Below, in pieces: positions 48,317-58,451 of a stretch of 64,000 nucleotides of DNA; position 1 is the first letter of the stretch; every line of letters starts with the position of its first letter. This stretch comes from Bdellovibrionales bacterium (lineage in GTDB: Bacteria > Bdellovibrionota > Bdellovibrionia > Bdellovibrionales > UBA1609). The notes under the pieces were generated by a model, which worked only from the letters and a program-made list of their open reading frames with translations, made no database searches and was not told the origin of the DNA. Where the stretch lies: positions 32,001 through 96,000 of the forward strand of contig CBDBIB010000001.1 in NCBI GenBank assembly GCA_965205945.1. The letters are read 5' to 3'. A program made the position numbers and the translations under genes.

Positions 48317-48969
48317 AAAAATTTCTCCAATAAGAACTTACCTTCATCCCCACCCATCCACTTAGCCACTGCTCTTTCTGGATGTGGCATTAAACCTGCA
48401 ATATTTTTTTCTTTATTTAAAACACCAGCTATACTTAAAATAGATCCATTTGGATTGTCTTTGTATTTAAACCAAATTTGATCATTAGCTTCTAAGTCTT
48501 TAAGGCCTTTTTTTGAAATATAAAACCGCCCCTCACCATGGGCTACAGGCATAGTATAAGAGCCTTTTAATGACCATGGATTATTTTTACTCAAAGCCTC
48601 TAAGCTTAACCATGTATCAATAAAATTCACCTCTTTATTTCTCATCAAAATCCCTGGAAGAAGTCCTCTCTCACATAAAACTTGAAATCCATTACAAATC
48701 CCTAAAACCTTGCCTCCAAATTTAGAAAATTTTTCCACAGAATCCATCACTGGCATTTTAGAAGCCAAAGCACCACACCTTAAATAATCCCCATAGGAAA
48801 ATCCTCCTGGAATAACCACTCCATCAATAAAATCTTTATTAAACTCATCCTCATACCAAAGCCAAACAGGTTTTAAACCTTTAATTCCATTTATTGCATC
48901 AAAAACATCTTGATCACAGTTTGTACCTAAGAACCTTACTACACCAATTCTTTTCATTTCCATCTCCAA
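48313..48969 (-). CDS. purQ: FGAM synthase glutaminase subunit
   Basis: PGGFSYGDYLR, GICNGFQ, AHGEG, MPHPER. Confidence 0.97.
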   Translation of the reverse strand: MEMEMKRIGVVRFLGTNCDQDVFDAINGIKGLKPVWLWYEDEFNKDFIDGVVIPGGFSYGDYLRCGALASKMPVMDSVEKFSKFGGKVLGICNGFQVLCERGLLPGILMRNKEVNFIDTWLSLEALSKNNPWSLKGSYTMPVAHGEGRFYISKKGLKDLEANDQIWFKYKDNPNGSILSIAGVLNKEKNIAGLMPHPERAVAKWMGGDEGKFLLEKFL

Positions 48970-48972
48970 GTA

Positions 48973-49206
48973 TTAATCTTTAATTATTGAAATCTCTTCA
49001 ATTAACGGATTATACAACACATACTCAGCCATTTTTAAAATATCAATTTTTGTACACGTAGTTTTAATTTCTATATATTTACCAACTTTACACTCTTGTA
49101 AAGAAAACCCTGCTTTAGACAAAACAAGCTTTGTTGCACGCCCTTGAGAATCTAAAACATCTTTCTTAGGCATGACTTTAATTCCATATTTAACGCTCTT
49201 ACTCAT
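48973..49206 (-). CDS. purS: FGAM synthase subunit PurS
   Basis: VLD.QG, VGKYIE, NPLIE; lies between purC and purQ. Confidence 0.9.
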   Translation of the reverse strand: MSKSVKYGIKVMPKKDVLDSQGRATKLVLSKAGFSLQECKVGKYIEIKTTCTKIDILKMAEYVLYNPLIEEISIIKD

Positions 49207-49928
49207 ATTAAAACCACCTTTTCTAATTTCTCTAAAACAATTTGATAAGATTCTAAAACCTTACCCATATCTTTTCTAAATCTATCTTTATCTAATACTT
49301 TTTTAGTTTCTAGATTTAAAAGTCTACAAGAGTCAGGAGAAATTTCATCTGCTAATAAAAGCTTTCCCTCTATATCTAAACCAAATTCAATTTTAAAATC
49401 TATAAGATCCACTCCTGCCTTAAAAAATAAATCTTTTAAAATTTTATTTATCTTTAAAGATTCCAATTTAATTTCTTCATATATTTTATCACTACATAAT
49501 CCCATTTCTTTTACATGTTCATAGGTAATAAGAGGGTCTTCTAACTCATCTTTTTTATAAAAAACTTCAAACATTGGTTCTTTAAATTTAAAATTAGGCT
49601 TAATACCTAAGCGCTTTAAAATAGACCCTGCCGCTTTATTTCTAATAATAACTTCTAAAGGAATAATCTTAAGCTTTTTTGCAAAAATTTCCGTATCTGA
49701 AATCTGTTTAATGAAATGAGTTTTAATTCCATTTTCAATCAAATGAGAAAAAACTAATTGGCTAATTTTTAAAGTAACCTGACCTTTACCCTTAAAAGAT
49801 CCTTTTTTCTTTGCATTAAATGCTGTTAAATCATCTTTAAACTGAATTAAAATAACTTGATCATCGTTTGTAGAATAAAGTTTTTTTGCTTTTCCTTCAT
49901 ATATAAATTTTTTTTTCTTAAAATCCAT
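49203..49928 (-). CDS. purC: SAICAR synthetase
   Basis: YEGKAK, FKDD.TAFN, DFKIEFG, LADEISPD, DKDRFR. Confidence 0.97.
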   Translation of the reverse strand: MDFKKKKFIYEGKAKKLYSTNDDQVILIQFKDDLTAFNAKKKGSFKGKGQVTLKISQLVFSHLIENGIKTHFIKQISDTEIFAKKLKIIPLEVIIRNKAAGSILKRLGIKPNFKFKEPMFEVFYKKDELEDPLITYEHVKEMGLCSDKIYEEIKLESLKINKILKDLFFKAGVDLIDFKIEFGLDIEGKLLLADEISPDSCRLLNLETKKVLDKDRFRKDMGKVLESYQIVLEKLEKVVLI

Positions 49929-49940
49929 ATCTAAAGTCCC

Positions 49941-51248
49941 TTACTTTAATTTCTTATTCTTAGGAAGAACCCTGTTAATTATTTTTTTAATATTTCTTAT
50001 ATGTCGTTTACCTGAAAAAAGTTCTTTAAGATTCTTTTTTAAAATTCTTTTTGAAATTTCTTTATGATTTAAAATAGCGTCCTGATAAAGCTCACCTTCT
50101 TTTAAAAGATGAGCTACACTTTGAACCCACTTATATGCTTGTTCTCTTTTAACACCTGCATCTACAAGATCTAAAAGAATATGAGATGAATAAATCTGCC
50201 CACCTAATAAATTTAAATTTTTTAGCATTCTTTTTTTATCTACATAAAGGTCACTTAAAATATTATTAAGTCGCACTAAGCTATAATGAAGTAATGTTAG
50301 TGAATCAGGGAAAATAACTCTTTCCACTGATGAATGTGAAATATCTCTTTCATGCCATAATGCCACATTCTGCTCTGCTGCCATACTATAAGATCTTATA
50401 AGCCTTGCCACTCCTGTTAAATTCTCTGCACCAATAGGATTTTTTTTATGAGGCATAGCACTTGAACCTTTTTGCCCTTTAGAAAATCCCTCCATCACTT
50501 CTAAAACTTCAGTTCTTTGAAGGTGTCTTAGCTCAATAGAAAATCTCTCTATAAAAGCACCTGTTAAAGACAATGCTTGCATAAGGTAGGCATGACGGTC
50601 TCTTGGAATAACTTGGGTTGCAATATCTTCTGATTTTAAACCTAAACTTTTACATACTTCTTTTTCAATATTAGGCTGAAGAAAAGAGTAGGTTCCAACA
50701 GCTCCTGAAATTTGACCAACCAAACACTCATCAAACGCTTTATTTAATCTTTCTTTATTTCTATAAAGTTCAGCTAAAAATCCAGATATTTTAAAACCAA
50801 ATGTTGTCGGTTCAGCATGTATTCCATGGGTACGCCCTACACATAAAGTTGTGTAATGCTCCTGAATTAAAGAAATCATAGTGTTTTCTAATTTATTTAA
50901 GGTCTTTAATAAAATTAATTTTGATTCTTTAATTTGAATAGAGAAAGCTGTATCAATAACATCGGATGAGGTAAGTCCGTAGTGAATATACTTTCCAGAA
51001 GCACCAACATTTTCAGCTAAATTAGATACAAAAGCTATAACATCATGCTTAGTTGTGGCTTCAATCTCTTTTATACGATCAATATTAAATTTAGATTTTT
51101 TCTTAATATCTAAAGCGGCTTTATTAGGAATAATCTTATGCTTAGCTTGAGCTTGAGCCACCGCAACCTCTACTTTCCTTAGACTTTCCCATTTATTTTC
51201 TTCACTCCAAATACTTGTCATCTCAGGATGACTATAACGAGAAATCAT
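49941..51248 (-). CDS. purB: Adenylosuccinate lyase
   Basis: HDV.AF, HYGLTSSD, GRTHGIHAEPTT, GSSAMPHKKNP. Confidence 0.97.
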   Translation of the reverse strand: MISRYSHPEMTSIWSEENKWESLRKVEVAVAQAQAKHKIIPNKAALDIKKKSKFNIDRIKEIEATTKHDVIAFVSNLAENVGASGKYIHYGLTSSDVIDTAFSIQIKESKLILLKTLNKLENTMISLIQEHYTTLCVGRTHGIHAEPTTFGFKISGFLAELYRNKERLNKAFDECLVGQISGAVGTYSFLQPNIEKEVCKSLGLKSEDIATQVIPRDRHAYLMQALSLTGAFIERFSIELRHLQRTEVLEVMEGFSKGQKGSSAMPHKKNPIGAENLTGVARLIRSYSMAAEQNVALWHERDISHSSVERVIFPDSLTLLHYSLVRLNNILSDLYVDKKRMLKNLNLLGGQIYSSHILLDLVDAGVKREQAYKWVQSVAHLLKEGELYQDAILNHKEISKRILKKNLKELFSGKRHIRNIKKIINRVLPKNKKLK

Positions 51249-52385
51249 TTACTTTACCCCTTTATTATACATAGCTTGCACTAGGCTATACTGATACCTA
51301 TACATCAAGTTCATACTATAGCCTCTCCAATCTATTGGTGAGTTCCAAATGTAATTTGTATCATTTAAAACCTCTTTGCCATAACTAACTGGAAACAACG
51401 TTTTTAATAAGCCTCCTAAATTCTCACTCTGTTTAGGAGCAAACTCTACAAATCTAAATTTATTTTTTAAAAAATCTTGAATTTTTTCAATAGATTCAGT
51501 TTTCATTTTTTTATTATAAACCTCTTCTAACGTCCAAATATCTAAATAATTATCCTGCCCACCTTTAATAATGATTATAAAGTTTTCCTCTTTCCAAGGT
51601 TTAAATGGAGAATTTAACCAAATAGACCACACAGGAAGAGCCCCAAGGTTTTTAGATTCATAAAAAAATCTTTTCCTATGCCAACCTAAACCATTTCTTA
51701 TATTATTTTTTTCATTTGATGTTAAAATCTTTAATTCAGAAACAGTTAAACTTATTATCCAGTCTTTAGAATTCTCTTTAACTTCTAATAAAATTTTACG
51801 AAGATCTTGATTCGAGGCTAACTGTACTTGAACACCCTGCTTTTTTAAAAACTCTAAGCTTTTTAAATAAGTTTTTTTATCTGATCTACGCAAGTATAAT
51901 TCAGATTCTAGATTAAAAACCTCTTTCTCCTCAGACCATAGTAAAGCTTTTTTAAATGATGATTTTGAAAAAGATTTTAAAAAATCATCAAACCAAAAGT
52001 TCTTATCTTCTAAAACTTTTTTCTTAAATTCATCTTTAAAAACTTGTAATACAGCTCCTCTATTTAAAGCATCCCAAGATAAATTCCCTAAAGGAGTAGA
52101 TAAGCAAAATCCTGTTTTTAAAGGATGAATAATATCATCAGCTCGAATAAAGTTTACAAAGTCTTCTGGAGAATGAAGTGTTATAGAAAATGGAAAAGGA
52201 CCATCAATATCTTCAGGATCAGACCAGTCTAAATGATTAGTAACTTCAATTAATAAAACTTTAATACCTAAAGACTTTAAACGGTTTGCCAACCAGTGAG
52301 AACGCCACCCCATAGAAAGAATATTCACTTTATTCATATAAACCTTTAGTTTTTTGAATATATTTAAAAATAAGCCTTTGCTCAA
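51249..52385 (-). CDS. Hypothetical protein embedded in the pur operon (start probably about 52337, MNKVNIL)
   Basis: Coupled to purN and purB. The N-terminus resembles a degenerate Rossmann beta-alpha-beta. Confidence 0.7.
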   Translation of the reverse strand: MSKGLFLNIFKKLKVYMNKVNILSMGWRSHWLANRLKSLGIKVLLIEVTNHLDWSDPEDIDGPFPFSITLHSPEDFVNFIRADDIIHPLKTGFCLSTPLGNLSWDALNRGAVLQVFKDEFKKKVLEDKNFWFDDFLKSFSKSSFKKALLWSEEKEVFNLESELYLRRSDKKTYLKSLEFLKKQGVQVQLASNQDLRKILLEVKENSKDWIISLTVSELKILTSNEKNNIRNGLGWHRKRFFYESKNLGALPVWSIWLNSPFKPWKEENFIIIIKGGQDNYLDIWTLEEVYNKKMKTESIEKIQDFLKNKFRFVEFAPKQSENLGGLLKTLFPVSYGKEVLNDTNYIWNSPIDWRGYSMNLMYRYQYSLVQAMYNKGVK

Positions 52386-52872
52386 ACTGGTGTATACATT
52401 CTACAAAACTTTTAAAGTCAAAACTTCCAACTATATTTTTTTGAAGCAGTATAGTACCCTCATCTACCTGAGCAACAGCTTTGTGCAAAGTGCAGCCCCT
52501 TCCTATATTAGTTTTATAAGATTTTTCAATGGCATTTAAACCTGGGAAATAAGGTAAGATTGATGGATGAAGATTAATAAATTCGGCCTTAACTATTTTT
52601 AAAAAAGTCTCGGGTATAATTTTCATAAACCCTAAAAGAAAAATCCTTTTTATTTTAAGAACATTAATTTTATTCGAAAACTCTACCCAGTCTAAAGGGT
52701 TTTTTAATGAAACTACTTCTATTTTAAAACCTCTTCTTTGAGCCCATACTAAACCCTCACAGTTTTTATTAGCAAATACATAAAAAGTAGACTTTGAATA
52801 AGTATCTAAGAGAGCCTTAAGATTTGAGCCTTTTCCTGATATAAATATAGCTTGCCTTATACTTGTAAGCAC
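52330..52872 (-). CDS. purN: Phosphoribosylglycinamide formyltransferase
   Basis: ISGKGSNL.AL, INLHPSILP.FPG, G.T.H....VD.G. Confidence 0.92.
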   Translation of the reverse strand: MLTSIRQAIFISGKGSNLKALLDTYSKSTFYVFANKNCEGLVWAQRRGFKIEVVSLKNPLDWVEFSNKINVLKIKRIFLLGFMKIIPETFLKIVKAEFINLHPSILPYFPGLNAIEKSYKTNIGRGCTLHKAVAQVDEGTILLQKNIVGSFDFKSFVECIHQFEQRLIFKYIQKTKGLYE

Positions 52873-52877
52873 TCTTC

Positions 52878-53933
52878 TTACTTAATCCTCCATTTTTGAA
52901 TTCCTACCATTTTACAAACATGCCCACTTGTAACAATCTGCATACCTAAAACCATTTTAATAACTTTTAAAACTTGCTTAAAATGATTTGGATCTATTAT
53001 TATGAAAAAACCAATTCCACAGTTAAATACCTTATACATTTGCTCTTTAGTTAAATTAGCCTTAGACATTGCAACTGTATAAATTTCTTCCCAATTCCAA
53101 TCTTTAAGTTCTACCCCTAAACCATCCGGCATAATACGATTGATATTATCCATACCTCCACCTGTAATATGTGCTGAAACTCTTACAGCTCTCATTAAAC
53201 CCTTATCTTTTAATGCTTTAACTAGGGGCCAATAAAGTTTTGTAGGTTTCATTAATTCATCTACATATTCCCCACCATTTTCACCAAATATTCTTCTTAA
53301 TAAGGAATAACCATTTGAATGAAACCCTGAACTTGAAATGCCTAAAATATGGTCGCCTTTTTGAACCTTTTTAGTTGTCCATGCCTTTTCCTCATCAACA
53401 ACTCCCACTGCAAAACCTGCTGCATCAAAATGACCAGCACTGTATAGACCTGGAAGCTCTGCTGTCTCACCCCCAATAAGAGCAGCACCTGACTGAGTAC
53501 AAGCTTTTCTTAAATTTGTAAAAAACTCTTTAAGCTGCTCCTCTTTTAGCTTAGATGTTGCAAAATAGTCTAGAAAGAATAATGGCTCAGCCCCTGTGCA
53601 AAGAAGATCATTTACACACATTCCAACCAAATCTTGAGCAAGCCCCTTTGTTTTACCCGATGCTAAACCCATTAACAACTTAGTTCCTATACCATCAGTT
53701 GAGGAAACTAAAAGAGGCTCCTTCATATCAGAAAAGCTTCCCTTAAAAAGAGCAGCAAAGCCACCAATGCCTGAAACTAGACGCTTTTGATGAGGAGAAC
53801 TTGTTTCTGATAAATTTGTACTCTTCATCCACTCAACAACTTTATCAGCTTTTTTAACATCCACGCCCGATAATTTATAGGTTAGCTTTTCAGACTCATC
53901 AATACTATTTCCACCAGGCTCACCTGACTTCAT
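52878..53933 (-). CDS. purM: AIR synthetase
   Basis: Y..SGVD, STDGIGTK, MCVND, FFLDY, GGETAE.P, SSGFHSNGYSL, HITGGG. Confidence 0.97.
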   Translation of the reverse strand: MKSGEPGGNSIDESEKLTYKLSGVDVKKADKVVEWMKSTNLSETSSPHQKRLVSGIGGFAALFKGSFSDMKEPLLVSSTDGIGTKLLMGLASGKTKGLAQDLVGMCVNDLLCTGAEPLFFLDYFATSKLKEEQLKEFFTNLRKACTQSGAALIGGETAELPGLYSAGHFDAAGFAVGVVDEEKAWTTKKVQKGDHILGISSSGFHSNGYSLLRRIFGENGGEYVDELMKPTKLYWPLVKALKDKGLMRAVRVSAHITGGGMDNINRIMPDGLGVELKDWNWEEIYTVAMSKANLTKEQMYKVFNCGIGFFIIIDPNHFKQVLKVIKMVLGMQIVTSGHVCKMVGIQKWRIK

Positions 53934-54346
53934 ATTATACCCCTATAATGTTATATAAAATAATATTTACACCAAACAGCCTACCTCAGTCTATATCAGA
54001 GAAAGCTTTTTTAGGTTAGGTTTTTATTTATTTCTTTCTAAGAAAGACTACACTAAAAAAAATTATAGAATTTGCTCTGATTTATGCCATTATTATTAAG
54101 CTTTTACAATACTTACATATTACGGTGCTATGGAAATAAGAAAATCACCATTATTTATGACCATAATGCCTTTAAAGGTCTATTGCTTAACGTGATTTAA
54201 AAGTAAAATTCCTAAGATTCCACCTTAATAAAGCTTAAAATAAAATACTTTCTTTAACTTATCCTTGATTTTTTTTAAAAAAATCTAGACTTACTACACA
54301 GCACTCTTAATTAAGAAATCTCTTAAAAAATACGTAAATATGTAAA

Positions 54347-54994
54347 TTAAGGCTTTTGTATAACTTCAGATGCTTTCGTCTTCTCTACAGCTACTTGAGC
54401 AAAATCTATTTTACTCTCTCTTTTTTTAAAATCTTTATAAACTTTAATTTTTTTAATATCAGGGGCAAGAATAACAAAAAGCTGTCTTCCTTCTTTTTTA
54501 GGTACTGTTTCTATAACAGAAATATTATCAAGCTTCTTTATAACCTTCATTAAAAGATCATGACCAAGTTCCTGGTGAGCCATTTCTCTACCAGAAAATC
54601 TTAAATTCACCTTTACTTTATCACCATTTAATATAAATTTAGTGGCATGTTTAAGTTTAGTTTCTAAATCATGATCCTCTGTACGAGGTCTCATTTGAAT
54701 TTCTTTTATTGATATTATAGTCTGTTTCTTTCTAGATTCCACAGCTTTTTTCTTATTTTCATACTTCCACTTTCCATAATCCATAATTTTACATGTAGGA
54801 GGCTTTGCATTTGGAGCAACTTCAATAAGGTCTAAACCCTTATCACGAGCAATTTGTAAAGCTTCTTGAATCCTCATAGAACCAAGCATTGTTCCATCAT
54901 TAGAAATCACACGAACTTCTAAAGCTCTAATTCTATCATTAACTTTATGACCTTCATCTCTTTGAGGGCGTCGCCCTCCTTTTCCACCTTTAAT
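54347..54994 (-). CDS. infC: Translation initiation factor IF-3 (AUU start)
   Basis: AGGAGG-N5-ATT-AAA-GGT-GGA-AAA in frame with the ORF; NDRIRA.EVR, PPTCKIMDYGK, FSGRE. Confidence 0.95.
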   Translation of the reverse strand: MKGGKGGRRPQRDEGHKVNDRIRALEVRVISNDGTMLGSMRIQEALQIARDKGLDLIEVAPNAKPPTCKIMDYGKWKYENKKKAVESRKKQTIISIKEIQMRPRTEDHDLETKLKHATKFILNGDKVKVNLRFSGREMAHQELGHDLLMKVIKKLDNISVIETVPKKEGRQLFVILAPDIKKIKVYKDFKKRESKIDFAQVAVEKTKASEVIQKP

Positions 54995-55015
54995 AGTTGC
55001 CTCCTATAAGCTTAT

Positions 55016-56944
55016 TTATAAATCCAATAAACGTAATTTATCACGTACTACTAATTCTTTAATAAATTCATCTACACTTAAATCTTTTTTTACTTGGCCT
55101 GTTCTAAGTCTTATAGAAACATTGCCACTCTTTACCTCTTCATCACCACAAATAATCATATAAGGAACCTGTTCTAATTGTGCCTCTCTAATTTTAAAAC
55201 CTAATTTTTCAGCTCTAAAATCAAATTCAGCACGAATGCCCTTTTCTTTAAACTTTTGTCTTAAAGTCTGACAAAAATTTTGATGCTTATTAGAAACATT
55301 TAAAATCTTAACCTGCACTGGAACTATCCAAAAAGGAAGTCTTCCTGCTGTATGCTCTAAATACACTCCAAAAAATCTCTCCATAGAACCTAAAATAGCT
55401 CTATGTAACATAACCGGTTTTTCTAAATTATTATCTTCGTTTACAAATGACAAATCAAAAACATCAGGAAGATTAAAATCACACTGTACTGTTCCTAACT
55501 GCAACTTTCTTTTAAGAGCATCTACAAACATGATATCAAGCTTTGGTCCATAAAAAGCCCCTTCACCTTCATTAACTTTAAATGATAAATTTAAACTTAT
55601 TAGAGCCTTTGACAAAGCCTCTTCAGCTTTATCCCAAATTTCATCACTTCCCATTCGTTTTTTAGGGCGAGTAGATAAGAAAATTTCATATTCAAGCATT
55701 CCAAGCTCTGTATAGACTTCCTTTAAAAAAGTCATTACTTGAGCTATCTCATCTTGTAACTGACTTATTCTACAAAAAACATGAGCATCATCTTGGCAAA
55801 ATGTTCTTACACGAGTTAAGCCCTGGACAACACCTGAACGCTCATATCTATGTAGTCTTCCAAAATCTGCAACTCTCCAAGGAAGCTCTCTATAAGATTT
55901 TTTTTTCGTATTATATAAAAGACAGTGCCCAGGACAGTTCATAGGCTTTACTGAAAATTCACGCCCATCTGTTTCTGTAAAAAACATATTCTCTTTATAA
56001 TTTTTATAATGACCACTTTTATGATAAAGTTTTATGTCAAAAATTTGAGGCGTAATAACTTCACCATAGCCATATTTTTTATACTTCTCCCTCATATAAT
56101 TCTGCAAAGCGTTATATATAAAAGTTCCCTTAAAGGTAAAAAATGGAGACCCTGGAGCATATTCAGAAACCATTGTAAAAAGATCTAAATTCTTACCTAT
56201 AATACGATGGTCTCTTTTTTTAGCTTCAGCAAGTAAATGCATATATTCATCTAAAGCCTCTTTAGATTCAAAAGCTGTTCCATAAATACGCTGTAAACTT
56301 TCTTTTTTCTCATCTCCACGCCAGTAAGAACTTGCAATAGATAAAAGTTTAAAAGCTTTTATTTGTCCAGTTTTTTGAATGTGTGGACCTCTACAAAGAT
56401 CAAACCAACCCCCACCTTGTTCATATATAAAAACTTCTTTAATCTCTAAGAGATCTTTAATCAGTTCAACTTTAAATTTTTCCCCAAGCTTATTAAATAT
56501 TTGAATAGCCTCATCTTTAGAAATTATTTTTTTTTCTAAAGACTGATTTTTCTTAATAATGTAATTCATTTTTTTTTCTAAAGCTTTTAAATCATCTAAA
56601 GTAAATGGTTCTTCACGATAAAAATCATAATAAAACCCATCTTCTGTAACAGGACCAATTGTAACCTGTGTTCCTGGATAGAGCTCTTGAACAGCTTCAG
56701 CCAAAACATGAGCCGTTGAGTGGCGAATAACTTGACGACCATCTAAAGAGTTTAAGGTTACAATTTCAAGTTTTGTCCCGTCCTCTAATTTAGTCCTAAA
56801 ATCAACAACAGTTTTTTCTCCATTGATTTTAGCTCCAACAGTATCTTTTGCTAGCTTTAAACTAATACTTTTTGCAACCTCTAAAACTGTGGGATTACTT
56901 TTAAATTCTTTAATGGATTTATCTAAAAGATATATCTTAATCAT
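55016..56944 (-). CDS. thrS: Threonine--tRNA ligase
   Basis: HSTAHVLA, DLCRGPH, RDHR, KPMNCP, GLTRVR.F.QDDAH, FYGPK.D, HRAILGS.ERF. Confidence 0.98.
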   Translation of the reverse strand: MIKIYLLDKSIKEFKSNPTVLEVAKSISLKLAKDTVGAKINGEKTVVDFRTKLEDGTKLEIVTLNSLDGRQVIRHSTAHVLAEAVQELYPGTQVTIGPVTEDGFYYDFYREEPFTLDDLKALEKKMNYIIKKNQSLEKKIISKDEAIQIFNKLGEKFKVELIKDLLEIKEVFIYEQGGGWFDLCRGPHIQKTGQIKAFKLLSIASSYWRGDEKKESLQRIYGTAFESKEALDEYMHLLAEAKKRDHRIIGKNLDLFTMVSEYAPGSPFFTFKGTFIYNALQNYMREKYKKYGYGEVITPQIFDIKLYHKSGHYKNYKENMFFTETDGREFSVKPMNCPGHCLLYNTKKKSYRELPWRVADFGRLHRYERSGVVQGLTRVRTFCQDDAHVFCRISQLQDEIAQVMTFLKEVYTELGMLEYEIFLSTRPKKRMGSDEIWDKAEEALSKALISLNLSFKVNEGEGAFYGPKLDIMFVDALKRKLQLGTVQCDFNLPDVFDLSFVNEDNNLEKPVMLHRAILGSMERFFGVYLEHTAGRLPFWIVPVQVKILNVSNKHQNFCQTLRQKFKEKGIRAEFDFRAEKLGFKIREAQLEQVPYMIICGDEEVKSGNVSIRLRTGQVKKDLSVDEFIKELVVRDKLRLLDL

Positions 56945-57238
56945 GATAATGATTAAAAATTTGTATTCTTATTTAAAACATTTTCTACCATTCCCCAATA
57001 AAAACCTGTTTTAAGGGATTCTGTCAATATAAGAGAGGCTTTATTTTGGCCCAAAAAAGTGACATAAAGCCATTAAAACTACTACTCATAGTTTGTCCTC
57101 ATTAAAGACATAAAAGCTAGAAAAAAGTAGCTCGTTTTATATTGAATTTGGACACTAGTAGTCATACTCACCAGCACTATTGCTCTTCTAAGCCTTAAAA
57201 ACTAATAAGGAAACAACACGATATTAAAGATGATAAAT

Positions 57239-58450
57239 TCAAACTAAAATCTCTTTAGGAAACGCATGTAAATTATAAGCACTCGCCATAGACATTCCAT
57301 AAGCTCCAGTATCCATAATAGCTATCCACTCGCCCTCTTTAGGAACCTGCAAAGCTCTATCATAACCTATAATATCTGAAGATTCACAAACAGGACCGGC
57401 CACATCAAAGTTTTTAACGGTTCTAGTTTTATCAAATTTTAAAGGAACAATATTATGATAAGCTGAATAAAGTGAGGGTCTTATTAAATGATGCATTCCT
57501 GTATTTAAAATTATAAAATCTTTAAAACCATTATTCTTAATATATTCCACTCTAGCTAATAAAACACCCGCTCTTGCAACAATAGATCTTCCAGGTTCAA
57601 ATAAAACTTCTCCCTTAAAGTCTTTAAATAAGGGCGTAATTTTCTCTCCAAACTCTGTAATACTTTTAATATCATCTTCTTCATTATTAGAATGGTAATC
57701 TACTCCTAATCCACCACCTAAATTTAAATACTTAATTTCATATCCTTTTAATGATAATTCCTTTTTAACTCTTAAAATAGATTCTAAGGCTTTAACTAAC
57801 GGATCCGTGTTCATAATTTGTGAACCAATATGACAACTTATTCCCTGTAATCTAACAAATTCTTTACTTGATTTTAAAGCCTTTAATACTAACGACAATT
57901 GCTCTAAAGGTATTCCAAATTTATTCTCTCTTAAACCTGTTGAAATATATGGATGAGTATCTACTGTTATATCAGGATTTAATCTTATTCCTATGGCTAC
58001 CTTTTTATTTAAACTTCTTGCTATTTTAAAAACTCTTGTTATTTCAGAAATAGATTCACAATTTATTTGAAAAATATTTTTTTCTAAAGCTTCTTTAATT
58101 TCAGTTTTAGTTTTTCCAACACCAGAAAAAATAATCTCATCGCTATTAAACCCTGATTCTAACGCTCTATTAAATTCTCTAATAGAAACAACATCAGCAC
58201 CAAATCCTTGTTTTTTAATAAAGGACATCAACTCTAAATTTGGATTTGCTTTTACTGCATAATAAATACGATTCTTAAATTTTTTAAAAGCAGTTTTATA
58301 CGCCTCCACCCTCCTTTTAACTGTCTGAAGACTATATAAATATATCGGTCTGTCTACCCCTTGAGTATACGTTATTAAGGGTATCTTACTGCCTTTTGTA
58401 TTTAAAGATAGCCTATTCTTATCATAAAAAAAACTTAAGCGATGAAACAT
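57239..58450 (-). CDS. lysA: Diaminopimelate decarboxylase
   Basis: YAVKAN, HPYISTGL.ENKFG, HIGSQ, EPGRS, GPVCES.D, GAYG.SM.S.YN. Confidence 0.96.
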   Translation of the reverse strand: MFHRLSFFYDKNRLSLNTKGSKIPLITYTQGVDRPIYLYSLQTVKRRVEAYKTAFKKFKNRIYYAVKANPNLELMSFIKKQGFGADVVSIREFNRALESGFNSDEIIFSGVGKTKTEIKEALEKNIFQINCESISEITRVFKIARSLNKKVAIGIRLNPDITVDTHPYISTGLRENKFGIPLEQLSLVLKALKSSKEFVRLQGISCHIGSQIMNTDPLVKALESILRVKKELSLKGYEIKYLNLGGGLGVDYHSNNEEDDIKSITEFGEKITPLFKDFKGEVLFEPGRSIVARAGVLLARVEYIKNNGFKDFIILNTGMHHLIRPSLYSAYHNIVPLKFDKTRTVKNFDVAGPVCESSDIIGYDRALQVPKEGEWIAIMDTGAYGMSMASAYNLHAFPKEILV

Positions 58451-58451
58451 T

